The notes under the pieces were generated by a model. That model was given only the letters and a program-made list of their open reading frames with translations, was not told the DNA's origin and did no database searches. Shown here piece by piece: positions 19,453-27,310 of a DNA stretch of 46,776 nt. How positions within the stretch are numbered: position 1 is the first letter of the stretch; every line of letters starts with the position of its first letter. The position numbers were made by a program, and so were the translations under genes. This stretch comes from Syntrophaceae bacterium (GTDB lineage Bacteria > Desulfobacterota > Syntrophia > Syntrophales > UBA4778): the NCBI GenBank assembly GCA_039680225.1, contig JBDKTK010000377.1, forward strand, positions 1-46,776. Direction: 5' to 3'.

Positions 19453-20346
19453 ATGAACAATCTTTACTTCGCATACGGGTCAAACCTCAATTCCGCTGAT
19501 TTCAAAAGCTGGTGCATCGAAAACGGGTTTGAGTTTCCGCTGGCCAAATTTGCGAATGCATTCATCCCGGACATGAGGCTTGTATTCAACTTTAATTCCC
19601 CCAAACACGGGGGAGGCGTCCTTAACATCCGCAACCAGTTCGGCAATGCCGTGCCGGGTGTCCTCTTCCGGGTCGTATCGGGGGATAAAGGATGGGAGGT
19701 CCTCGACAAGAAGGAACTGGCCCCGCTCATCCACCATAAATTGCAGGTAACCGCCCTGACTGAAGACGGACGGACCCATGATGCCGAGACATTTCTGGTG
19801 TCAGCTTCGATGACGGAAGGCCTTTTCGTCCCCCCCGCCGACAAATACGTTAAAATAGTGGAGCAGGGCTATGCGGAGCAGGGCCTTCAGGATACGGCAG
19901 GGGAGATTTTCAAGGAGATCGCCGAGGGCAAAGAACCCCCCTGGTGCATCAGCCGCCTGTTTGTTTACGGGACATTCATGAGGGGTGAGTCCCGCAACCA
20001 CATCCTGCAATCAACAGGAGTCATAGAATTTGCGGAGACTGCAACAGCTGCCGGGGAGCTTTACGACACAGGCAAGGGCTATCCCGCCATGGTTCCGGCT
20101 GCCGGACCTTTGGATGGATCGGTTTCGGGGGAGTTGTTCGTGCTGAAGAACCCCCGTGCGGCCTTTGAAATTCTGGACATAGTTGAAGATTTCCGGGGGT
20201 ATGGCTCGCAAAAATCGGTATACCGCAGGGCAGTTATCCGTACGAAGACCCAAAGCGGCCGCTCCATTACGGCCTGGGTTTATATGCTTGACGGCACGGC
20301 AGAGAAACTCAACGTGATAAGATCGGGTGACTGGCGCAAAGCCTAA
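19453..20346 (+). CDS. Tandem gamma-glutamylcyclotransferase (GGCT/AIG2-like) domain protein
   Basis: YFAYGSNL...LDKKE and LFVYGTFM...GELF...LDIVE...AWVY...SGDW. Confidence 0.85.
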   Translation: MNNLYFAYGSNLNSADFKSWCIENGFEFPLAKFANAFIPDMRLVFNFNSPKHGGGVLNIRNQFGNAVPGVLFRVVSGDKGWEVLDKKELAPLIHHKLQVTALTEDGRTHDAETFLVSASMTEGLFVPPADKYVKIVEQGYAEQGLQDTAGEIFKEIAEGKEPPWCISRLFVYGTFMRGESRNHILQSTGVIEFAETATAAGELYDTGKGYPAMVPAAGPLDGSVSGELFVLKNPRAAFEILDIVEDFRGYGSQKSVYRRAVIRTKTQSGRSITAWVYMLDGTAEKLNVIRSGDWRKA

Positions 20347-20383
20347 AAAAGGAGTCTGAGCTGCGACGCTCAAGGCTCCTTTT
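20347..20383. terminator. Bidirectional terminator between convergent GGCT gene and tatA
   Basis: AAAAGGAGTCTGAGC-loop-GCTCAAGGCTCCTTTT. Confidence 0.6.
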
Positions 20384-20424
20384 GATCAGGTCCTTCTTTA
20401 TATCTCAAGGGCGGGAAGAAAATT

Positions 20425-20619
20425 TTATTTCCCGTCTTCGGGAAGCTTCCGGGTTTCGCCTGCCTTGTTTATCTCGTTTTCGGTTTCGGTCACCGATTTC
20501 TTGAAATTCTTTATTCCCTTCCCAATGGCCCCGCCTATTTCGGGAAGCTTTCCCGCACCGAAAATGATCAGGATGATCGCCAGGATAATAAGCAGTTCCG
20601 GCATTCCTATTCCGAACAT
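20425..20619 (-). CDS. tatA: Twin-arginine translocase TatA/E
   Basis: [38 protein letters not shown]. Confidence 0.96.
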   Translation of the reverse strand: MFGIGMPELLIILAIILIIFGAGKLPEIGGAIGKGIKNFKKSVTETENEINKAGETRKLPEDGK

Positions 20620-20645
20620 TTTTAATCCTTTCAGGTTTTTCTTGA

Positions 20646-20675
20646 ATTCTATAATGGCCCTGAGGCCCGTGTCAA
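20646..20675 (-). promoter_or_regulatory. Sigma70-type promoter of tatA
   Basis: TTGACA (20675-70), 18 nt spacer, TAGAAT (20651-46). Confidence 0.5.
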
Positions 20676-20679
20676 CAGA

Positions 20680-21648
20680 TTACTCCGGGGCTTGTTCCGG
20701 GGGCAAAACCAGGTGAACAACCTGTCCGCTCCGCCCGGGCACCCCCATATCGCTTCCGTTGAAGTTGACGACTATTCCACCCGCGTTGCCGATGTCGAGC
20801 AAAAACTTTCCGGCAGTACGCTCGAGATTGTCTCCGGGCCTCAGCATTATCTGGTAGGGCTGGCTGCCGTCCTCGGTTACGCTGATCCAGGTCAGTTCGT
20901 TGGCGTGGATGACCAGCTTATTGGAAGCCGGGGCTGCAGGCTGGACAGCCGGCGCGGGTTGGCCGGCGCTGGGTGCGGACTGCCCGGCTGCGGGCTGCTG
21001 CGGTGTTTCGCCCGGTTGCATATCTTTCATGTCGGGAGCAGCTTGCGGCTTGGATTCGGACTGGGCCGGGGCTGCAGGCTTTTCCGCCTTCATAAGCAAC
21101 TCGGGGCTGGAACCGTCATCCAAAAGCAGGAAATACAGGAATCCCCCGCAAATCACCACCACGGACAGGATCAGGGAAACGGCCAGCCGGGAGAATCTCC
21201 TCTTGGGCATGTTCATGGGACTCTTTACGACAGGCGTTTCCGGTCCTTTTGCAGGTTCGGCCGTTTTGATCTCCGCCGGCAGGGGCGCCTTGCCCTCTTC
21301 TTTTCGGCTCTCCGCCTGCTTCTCCGGTTTCTTATCTGCTTTTTTTTCTGTTTTTTTGTCTGTCTTTTTCTCAGGCGCCTTCCCCGGCTCGGGTACGTTG
21401 AGGTATCTCCTGTACCGTGCGAGGATACCCTCGGGGTCCACCCCGACTTGCGCGGCATAGATCTTTATGAACGCCTCGCTGTAGATCCTTTCCGGCAAGA
21501 TCTGGAAATTGCCGTTCTCGATCGCCTCGAGAAATGCCGGGCGGACCTTTGTCGCATTATAGAGGGCCTCAATTGTCAGTCCTCTCGACTCCCGCAGTGA
21601 TTTGAGATCGAGTGTGCCGCCGTCGCCTGTGTTTCTTGTTTCGCTCAT
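20680..21648 (-). CDS. rodZ: Cell-shape protein RodZ
   Basis: N-terminal HTH (LKSLRESRGLT..LEAIENG..LP), one TM, Pro/Ala linker, DUF4115-like C-terminus (TWI...IGNAGG); ATG 21648. Confidence 0.88.
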   Translation of the reverse strand: MSETRNTGDGGTLDLKSLRESRGLTIEALYNATKVRPAFLEAIENGNFQILPERIYSEAFIKIYAAQVGVDPEGILARYRRYLNVPEPGKAPEKKTDKKTEKKADKKPEKQAESRKEEGKAPLPAEIKTAEPAKGPETPVVKSPMNMPKRRFSRLAVSLILSVVVICGGFLYFLLLDDGSSPELLMKAEKPAAPAQSESKPQAAPDMKDMQPGETPQQPAAGQSAPSAGQPAPAVQPAAPASNKLVIHANELTWISVTEDGSQPYQIMLRPGDNLERTAGKFLLDIGNAGGIVVNFNGSDMGVPGRSGQVVHLVLPPEQAPE

Positions 21649-21811
21649 TAAAAAACCTTTTCTTAAAGTGGGGCAATATTTACCATTATTTAATAAGCGC
21701 CGCAAATGGAATTTTGAGGCCTGATTTGCCGCAACCCTTAATTTTGCTGATATTTCCGAAGGCGGCTGGTATAATCCCACGTTGATACAGCGGGCAAAGA
21801 AGGAGCATGCA

Positions 21812-22606
21812 ATGGGAGTTTACCTGGATTTCGCAGTTTCAGCCGCAAGAGAGGCAGGCCTGTTTCTGAAAACGAATCTCCACAAGAGGCATTCCATCCA
21901 GTACAAGGGTGAAATCAATATCGTCACCGACGCGGACCGGAAATCCGAAGAGATGATCCTGCGCAGGATAGAGCGCGAATTCCCCGGGCATGACATCCTT
22001 TCCGAAGAATCGGACGCCCTGGAGAGGGGCTCCGAATTCAGATGGATCGTCGATCCCCTCGACGGCACCACGAACTACGCCCACGGTTTTCCGGTGTTCT
22101 GCGTCTCCATTGCGCTCCAGAGGAACGGGGAAATTGTGATGGGCTGCATCTACAACCCCATGCTCGACGAGATGTTCACAGCAGAAGCGGGCTCCGGCGC
22201 GTTGCTCAACGGCGGGAAGATCAGTGTGTCGGACGTGGCCGATTTCTCGAAAAGCTTTCTGGCAACGGGATTCCCGTACGACCTCAGGACGGACAGGAAC
22301 AACAACATCAATTATTTCGTCTCTCTGGCAAAGCAGACCCTTGCCGTCCGCCGCGCCGGTTCGGCGGCCCTCGACCTCGCCTACACGGCGGCCGGGCGCT
22401 TCGACGGGTTCTGGGAATTGAAGCTGCACCCGTGGGACACGGCTGCGGCGCTGCTCATGGTCAAGGAGGCGGGCGGAAAAGTGAGCGACATATCGGGGCG
22501 GGAGTACACCCTGGGCTCGGGATCCATCGCGGCCTCGAACGGCTTGATCCATGCGGAACTGCTCGCCCGGCTCGCCGGAATCGACCCCCTTGAAAAAATT
22601 TTTTAA
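21812..22606 (+). CDS. suhB: Inositol monophosphatase family protein
   Basis: VT.AD..SE, WIVDPLDGTTNY, RRAGSAALD, WDTAA; AAGGAG RBS. Confidence 0.93.
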   Translation: MGVYLDFAVSAAREAGLFLKTNLHKRHSIQYKGEINIVTDADRKSEEMILRRIEREFPGHDILSEESDALERGSEFRWIVDPLDGTTNYAHGFPVFCVSIALQRNGEIVMGCIYNPMLDEMFTAEAGSGALLNGGKISVSDVADFSKSFLATGFPYDLRTDRNNNINYFVSLAKQTLAVRRAGSAALDLAYTAAGRFDGFWELKLHPWDTAAALLMVKEAGGKVSDISGREYTLGSGSIAASNGLIHAELLARLAGIDPLEKIF

Positions 22607-22663
22607 ATAAGGGCAATTTTCCTGCCGCCCCGGCGGTTCCCGCAAATCCACGACTGGCGCGCA

Positions 22664-22768
22664 TTAGCGACGACCAGTTCTTAGCAAACACATATATGCT
22701 GCACTTGAATAGCCAGTCTTCGCAAATTCAGTCCTGCCTTGAGTTTGCGAAGATCCATTTGCGCCCAT
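22664..22768 (-). CDS. Candidate 34-aa small protein MGANGSSQTQGRTEFAKTGYSSAAYMCLLRTGRR
   Basis: AGAGGAGGA Shine-Dalgarno; GGAGG lies 7 nt before ATG 22768; no homology recognised. Confidence 0.35.
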   Translation of the reverse strand: MGANGSSQTQGRTEFAKTGYSSAAYMCLLRTGRR

Positions 22769-22860
22769 AACCATTCCTCCTCTGTCCGTGACATCAATCC
22801 CGGGTTCGCTGAATCGCGGCAAACCCTTGTCAGCCCTGAGTTTCATCAGATTCAAGCAGC
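22698..22860. ncRNA. Candidate structured RNA element of unknown class
   Basis: Closing stem GCTGC(AC)TTGAAT / ATTCAAGCAGC encloses a 14-bp hairpin (22717-53), a nested TGACA/TGTCA + GGGTT/AACCC arm and a CTGA/TCAG hairpin. Confidence 0.35.
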
Positions 22861-22906
22861 CGGCTTTTCTTCCGGCAAACACGTCCGCAAAAAATCAAAA
22901 ATAATC

Positions 22907-22933
22907 TTGACTGTTGAAAAAAGATGGTATAAT
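22907..22933 (+). promoter_or_regulatory. Promoter of the kamA operon (extended -10)
   Basis: TGgTATAAT at 22925-33; TTGACT at 22907-12 (short 15-nt spacer). Confidence 0.55.
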
Positions 22934-23077
22934 CGCAGACATAAATAAAGATAATTTCATCTTCGCCGATATTGTCAAATGCGGACATACCCTCCTGTTC
23001 AGGGGTTTGAGGAGGGGAATAAAAAAGCAGGAACCGAAAAAGCGTTTTTTATTCCGAAAAACTTGCAGGAGGATAAA

Positions 23078-24445
23078 ATGGAATTAAGAGTTGTGATCCC
23101 GGAGGAGGATGACCCTCCGAGCGAAACAACCCACACTTCTTTAGCAGATTCCATAGAAGATGAGTCCCTTTTCGGCAGAGCCAATTTCATCCAGAAGTTC
23201 TGGCCCAGCGTCACGCAGGACGAATGGAACGACTGGAAATGGCAGATGGCAAACAGGGTGCGAACCATCGAAGAGCTCGCCCTGCTGCTGAACCTCAAAC
23301 CTTACCAGATCACAAAATTCAAGGCCCTCATCAAGACATTCCGGTATTCGATCACGCCGTATTATCTTTCCCTGATCGACTGGTACAACCCGGAAGACCC
23401 GATCAAGAAGCAGTGCATACCGGACCTTCGGGAATTGGAGTTCCAGATAGTCGGAGACGGCGACCCGCTTGAGGAAGAGCAGGACTCGCAGGTGCCGGGA
23501 CTCGTGCACAGGTACCCCGACCGCGTGCTCGCAGTCGTGACGAATACCTGCTCGATGTACTGCCGCCACTGCACCCGCAAGCGGATATGGCATGAAGGCG
23601 AGTCGCTCCGCACCCGCCACGAATTGTCGAACATGATCCATTATATCCAGGCCACCCCCGAGGTGAGGGAAGTCATTGTCTCGGGCGGAGACCCCCTGAC
23701 GATGAACCTCGACCTGCTCGACTGGTTCCTGGGCGAGCTGCAGCGCATATCGCATATCGAGGTGCTGAGGATCGGGACCCGCGTCCCCGTTGTTTTGCCC
23801 ATGCGGATCACGGACGAGCTGTGCAAGATGCTTGCGAAACACCGGCCGCTGTGGGTAAACACCCAGTTCAATCATCCGCGGGAGATAACGGCTGAATCGC
23901 AGGAGGCCTGCGACAAGCTGCTGCGGGTCGGCATACCGGTTTCGAACCAGGCCGTCCTCCTGCGCGGCATCAACGACAGCATCGAGGTGATGCGCGAGCT
24001 TTGCCACAGCCTGCAGCGCATCATGGTGCGTCCTTATTACCTGTTCCAGTGCGACCCGGTCCGCGGCGTCGAGCATTTCCGGACCAGCATCTGGAAAGGG
24101 ATCGAGATCCTGGAGATGCTGCGCGGCTATACGGGCGGGCTCTGCATTCCCTCATTCGTGGTCGACGTCCCCGGCGGCGGCGGAAAGGTTCCGCTCCAGC
24201 CGTTCTACCTGCTGTCCGTCACCGACAAGGAACTGCTCCTGCGCAATTACGAAGGCATGATAGTCAAGTATTACAACCCGCAGGAATATTTCGCGACCAT
24301 GAAGCGGGGCAACGGCAACGGCAAGGCGGGCGGGACCGCCCAGCTGTTGAAGGGAAACGGCAAGGCCCTCGTCCCAACGGAAACCCCGAGGTACAGGCGC
24401 AGGAAACGCGATCCCGTCCTGGACCTCAAAGAGGATAATGAATGA
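23078..24445 (+). CDS. kamA: KamA-family radical-SAM aminomutase (lysine 2,3-aminomutase-like)
   Basis: W.DWKWQ, DPLEEE, HRYPDRV, CSMYCRHCTRKR, SGGDPL, RIGTR.PV, NHP.E, NQ.VLL.GIND, PYYLFQCD, VDVPGGGGK; CAGGAGG RBS before ATG 23078. Confidence 0.93.
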   Translation: MELRVVIPEEDDPPSETTHTSLADSIEDESLFGRANFIQKFWPSVTQDEWNDWKWQMANRVRTIEELALLLNLKPYQITKFKALIKTFRYSITPYYLSLIDWYNPEDPIKKQCIPDLRELEFQIVGDGDPLEEEQDSQVPGLVHRYPDRVLAVVTNTCSMYCRHCTRKRIWHEGESLRTRHELSNMIHYIQATPEVREVIVSGGDPLTMNLDLLDWFLGELQRISHIEVLRIGTRVPVVLPMRITDELCKMLAKHRPLWVNTQFNHPREITAESQEACDKLLRVGIPVSNQAVLLRGINDSIEVMRELCHSLQRIMVRPYYLFQCDPVRGVEHFRTSIWKGIEILEMLRGYTGGLCIPSFVVDVPGGGGKVPLQPFYLLSVTDKELLLRNYEGMIVKYYNPQEYFATMKRGNGNGKAGGTAQLLKGNGKALVPTETPRYRRRKRDPVLDLKEDNE

Positions 24446-25476
24446 GGGTAGGCCTTACCTTTGACCTCAGGAAGCATTATCTGGAAAGGGGGTTCACCGA
24501 AGAGGAGACTGCAGAATTCGACAGCGAGGCGACTATCGGCTTCCTTGAGGAAACCATCAGGTCCCTCGGCCACCAGGTGACCCGGATCGGGAATATCTAC
24601 GAACTCACCAGGCTGCTTTCCGCCGGACAAAGATGGGACCTGGTGTTCAACATCGCGGAAGGCCTCTACGGAAGGAGCCGTGAAGCGCAGGTCCCGGCAA
24701 TCCTCGAAGCATTCAATATCCTCTATACGTTCAGCGATCCCCTGACCCTGGCCCTTTCCCTGGACAAGGCCGCCGCCAAGAGCGTCATCCGCGACGCGGG
24801 CATCCCGACCCCGGATTTTTTCCTGATCAAGACCCGGTCCGATATTGAACTGCTTCCGGACAGGCTGCAGTACCCGCTTTTTATCAAACCGGTAGCCGAG
24901 GGCACCGGCAAGGGCATCACCCCCGAATCCATCATCAGGAACAAAGGCGAACTGAATAAGAATGCAGCGGCAATGCTCGACGCCCACAGGCAGCCGGTGA
25001 TCGCGGAGACCTATCTGCCGGGCAGGGAATTCACCGTGGGCATCGTCGGGACCGGCCCAAAGGCGCGGGCCGTCGGCGTCCTCGAGGTGGAGCTTCTGGC
25101 CAACGCCGAGCCGTTTGTGTATTCTTACACGAACAAGGAATTGTGCGAGGAGAGGGTCCTTTACAAACTTGTGACAGGCAGGGAGAACGAGGAAATCATC
25201 CGCGAATGCTCCGGCATTGCCTTGCGCTCTTATATGGAACTGGGCTGCCGCGACGCCGGCAGGGTCGACCTGAAGGCCGGCGCGGACGGGAAACTCTACT
25301 TCCTGGAAATCAATCCCCTCGCGGGACTCCACCCAAGCCATTCCGATCTGCCCATCCTCTGCTCGCAGGCGGGCATGGCTTATAAAGACCTCCTTTCCTC
25401 CATTATTGAATCGGCAATGGAGCGAAAGGCGTCGCAACGCGAACTGCGCAATTACTTCGAGGGCCATGAAAAATGA
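24442..25476 (+). CDS. ATP-grasp ligase, D-Ala-D-Ala ligase-like (copy 1)
   Basis: VFNIAEG, LDKAAAK, PLFIKP..EGTGKGI, E.YLPGREFTV, GRVD, LEINPLAG; ATGA overlap with kamA. Confidence 0.9.
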   Translation: MRVGLTFDLRKHYLERGFTEEETAEFDSEATIGFLEETIRSLGHQVTRIGNIYELTRLLSAGQRWDLVFNIAEGLYGRSREAQVPAILEAFNILYTFSDPLTLALSLDKAAAKSVIRDAGIPTPDFFLIKTRSDIELLPDRLQYPLFIKPVAEGTGKGITPESIIRNKGELNKNAAAMLDAHRQPVIAETYLPGREFTVGIVGTGPKARAVGVLEVELLANAEPFVYSYTNKELCEERVLYKLVTGRENEEIIRECSGIALRSYMELGCRDAGRVDLKAGADGKLYFLEINPLAGLHPSHSDLPILCSQAGMAYKDLLSSIIESAMERKASQRELRNYFEGHEK

Positions 25477-26459
25477 AAGTTGCTGTCGTTTACAATAAAC
25501 CGGACGAAGGCAAACTGGACTCGATCGACATCCTGGACCAGATGGGGCTTGTGACCGGCGGGATCTCCGATCTTGGATATGAATACAGGGAATTTCCGGT
25601 GGAAGGCAAACGGGATGCCTTTGTGAAGCTTGTAAAAGATGTGAACGCCTTCGCCCCCGATGCAATCTTCAACCTGTTCGAGGGGCTTGAGGACGATCCG
25701 AGGTTCCAGCCGGTGCTCGCCTCGTTTTATGAGATTGCCGGAATACCTTATACGGGCGCGTTTTATGAAGGCCTGCTGAAGACTACGGACAAGATCCTGA
25801 CCAAGTCGGTCCTCGATGCCAACAACCTGCCGACCCCGAGATGGCAGGGCTTCTACGGCGACCTCGGGGCCGTGCGGGTCCCGGCGCCCTGGATCATCAA
25901 GCCGTCCTGGGAGGACGGTTCGGTGGGGATAACGGACAACTCGGTTATCTCCAGCAAGCCGGTCCTTTTCCAGAAGCTTCCCCGGATGTATGAGACCCAC
26001 CGTAAGCGGCCGCTGCTCGTCGAGAACTATATCGACGGCCGGGAATTCAATATCCCCCTCTACCAGCGCGCCGACGGAAAGGTCGAGTTGCTTCCGCCCT
26101 CGGAGATACTCTTCGAGTACTGGCCCGAAGGCAAGCCGAAGATAATGAATTACAATTCCAAGTGGGAAGAAAACTCTTTCGAGTACGAGAATACGCAAAG
26201 GTCGTATGAATGCCAGGATGCCCCGGTAGAGATGATGAAGGAACTTGCCCTGAAGTGCTGGAACATTTTCGACCTGAGGGGATACGCCCGCGTGGACATG
26301 AGGCTCGCCCCTTCCGGGGAGATCTCCATAATAGAAATCAATGCCAATCCCTGTATAACGCCGACATCGGGCTACATAGGCGCAGTCGAGGAGGCCGGCT
26401 ATACTCCCACGGATTTTGTCCGGGAGATGCTCGGAGTCGCCCTTAATGTCAGGAAATAA
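25473..26459 (+). CDS. ATP-grasp ligase, D-Ala-D-Ala ligase-like (copy 2)
   Basis: IFNLFEG, IPYTG, DK..TK, IIKPSWEDGSVGI, ENYIDGREF, GYARVD, EINANP; ATGA overlap. Confidence 0.9.
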   Translation: MKVAVVYNKPDEGKLDSIDILDQMGLVTGGISDLGYEYREFPVEGKRDAFVKLVKDVNAFAPDAIFNLFEGLEDDPRFQPVLASFYEIAGIPYTGAFYEGLLKTTDKILTKSVLDANNLPTPRWQGFYGDLGAVRVPAPWIIKPSWEDGSVGITDNSVISSKPVLFQKLPRMYETHRKRPLLVENYIDGREFNIPLYQRADGKVELLPPSEILFEYWPEGKPKIMNYNSKWEENSFEYENTQRSYECQDAPVEMMKELALKCWNIFDLRGYARVDMRLAPSGEISIIEINANPCITPTSGYIGAVEEAGYTPTDFVREMLGVALNVRK

Positions 26460-26958
26460 AAATCGCGAATCAGGGAAAGCCCCCCGGCTGCGGACAAAGG
26501 TCCGGCCCGCCGATCCGGACGGCATAAGCAGGATACTCGCATCCGCCGGCAATTTCTACCCGTTTGAAATAGACATCGCGATTGAACTGCTCGACGATTT
26601 TACCCTCAACGGCAGGAAGAGCCCCTACCAGTTTATCTTTGCCGACACCGGCAAAGAGCTTGCCGGCTTCGTTTGCTACGGACCGATCCCTCTCACGGAA
26701 AAACGTTACGACATTTACTGGATAGCCGTAAGCAAGGAGATTCAGAACAAAGGGATTGGCAAAGCTCTGCTGAAGGATGCCGAGAAGAGGATCGCGGCGC
26801 AAAAGGGGAAATACCTGTTCATCGAAACATCGTCCCGCCCCGATTACGCGGACACCCATATTTTCTACGAGCGCTGCGGATACCGCTGCGCCGCGCGCAT
26901 CCCCGATTTTTACCGGGACAACGACGATAAAATGATCTTCATGAAAAAGCTCCTCTGA
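26446..26958 (+). CDS. GNAT family N-acetyltransferase
   Basis: IYWIAV...QNKGIGK.LL, IETS, FYERCGY; overlaps the end of the preceding gene. Confidence 0.9.
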   Translation: MSGNKNRESGKAPRLRTKVRPADPDGISRILASAGNFYPFEIDIAIELLDDFTLNGRKSPYQFIFADTGKELAGFVCYGPIPLTEKRYDIYWIAVSKEIQNKGIGKALLKDAEKRIAAQKGKYLFIETSSRPDYADTHIFYERCGYRCAARIPDFYRDNDDKMIFMKKLL

Positions 26959-27049
26959 CAAACCTCCACCCTTATTCACCTGGTGGGAGTGAGGAGGCTA
27001 TCGTAAAAAATCCAGCCCCTGTAAATTTCAGGCTTCAAATGGAGATTGC

Positions 27050-27079
27050 TTGACAAGCTCACTTTTTTCATGATAGCAA
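27050..27079 (+). promoter_or_regulatory. Promoter of the trp leader / trpB2 transcript
   Basis: TTGACA (27050-55), 18 nt spacer, TGaTAGCAA extended -10-like. Confidence 0.45.
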
Positions 27080-27105
27080 ACACATGAATTTAAAGGAGAT
27101 ATCCG

Positions 27106-27180
27106 GTGTTGAAAAAGTATTGCCTGATAAATCTGGCCTGGTGGTGGCGGGAAATGAAATTCCTGCCCGGACTTGTCTAA
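27106..27180 (+). CDS. trpL: Tryptophan attenuator leader peptide [24 protein letters not shown]
   Basis: AAGGAG (27093-98), 7 nt, GTG; three consecutive TGG codons at 27139-47; TAA 27178-80; directly upstream of a terminator and trpB2. Confidence 0.85.
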   Translation: MLKKYCLINLAWWWREMKFLPGLV

Positions 27181-27206
27181 ATTTGAAAGCCCGGGTTGGG
27201 GAATCC

Positions 27207-27258
27207 CTTCCCGTGCCGGAATATGGACGCCATGGGAAGCCCCCATGGCATTTTTTTT
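27207..27258 (+). terminator. Attenuator: antiterminator plus intrinsic terminator
   Basis: Terminator GCCATGGG-AAGCC-CCCATGGC-A-T8 (27229-58); mutually exclusive pairing CTTCCCGTG (27207-15) with CATGGGAAG (27231-39). Confidence 0.85.
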
Positions 27259-27310
27259 ATCAGTTGCAGCCTTCAAGCGGGATATCCGAATACATAATGA
27301 GGAGATAATC

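Noticed and set aside
22698-22860. Retron msr-msd, 6S RNA or lysine/SAM/c-di-GMP riboswitch identity for the structured element
   Set aside because: No reverse transcriptase in the window, the fold is multi-branched rather than rod-like, and I could not find the riboswitch consensus motifs; left unclassified.
23078-24445. EpmB (EF-P modification) or glutamate 2,3-aminomutase assignment
   Set aside because: No efp/epmA neighbour, and the LAM-type Asp residues and GGGGK motif are retained.
24442-26459. Calling the ATP-grasp genes ddl (cell-wall D-Ala-D-Ala ligase)
   Set aside because: They lack the N-terminal GG.S.E and LHG..GEDG motifs of Ddl and sit with kamA/GNAT rather than in a dcw cluster.
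27084-27310. ORF-track 74-aa ORF and the 46-aa N-terminal extension of TrpB2 from 27173
   Set aside because: Both run through the attenuator; the RBS-supported starts are GTG 27106 (leader) and ATG 27311 (trpB2).
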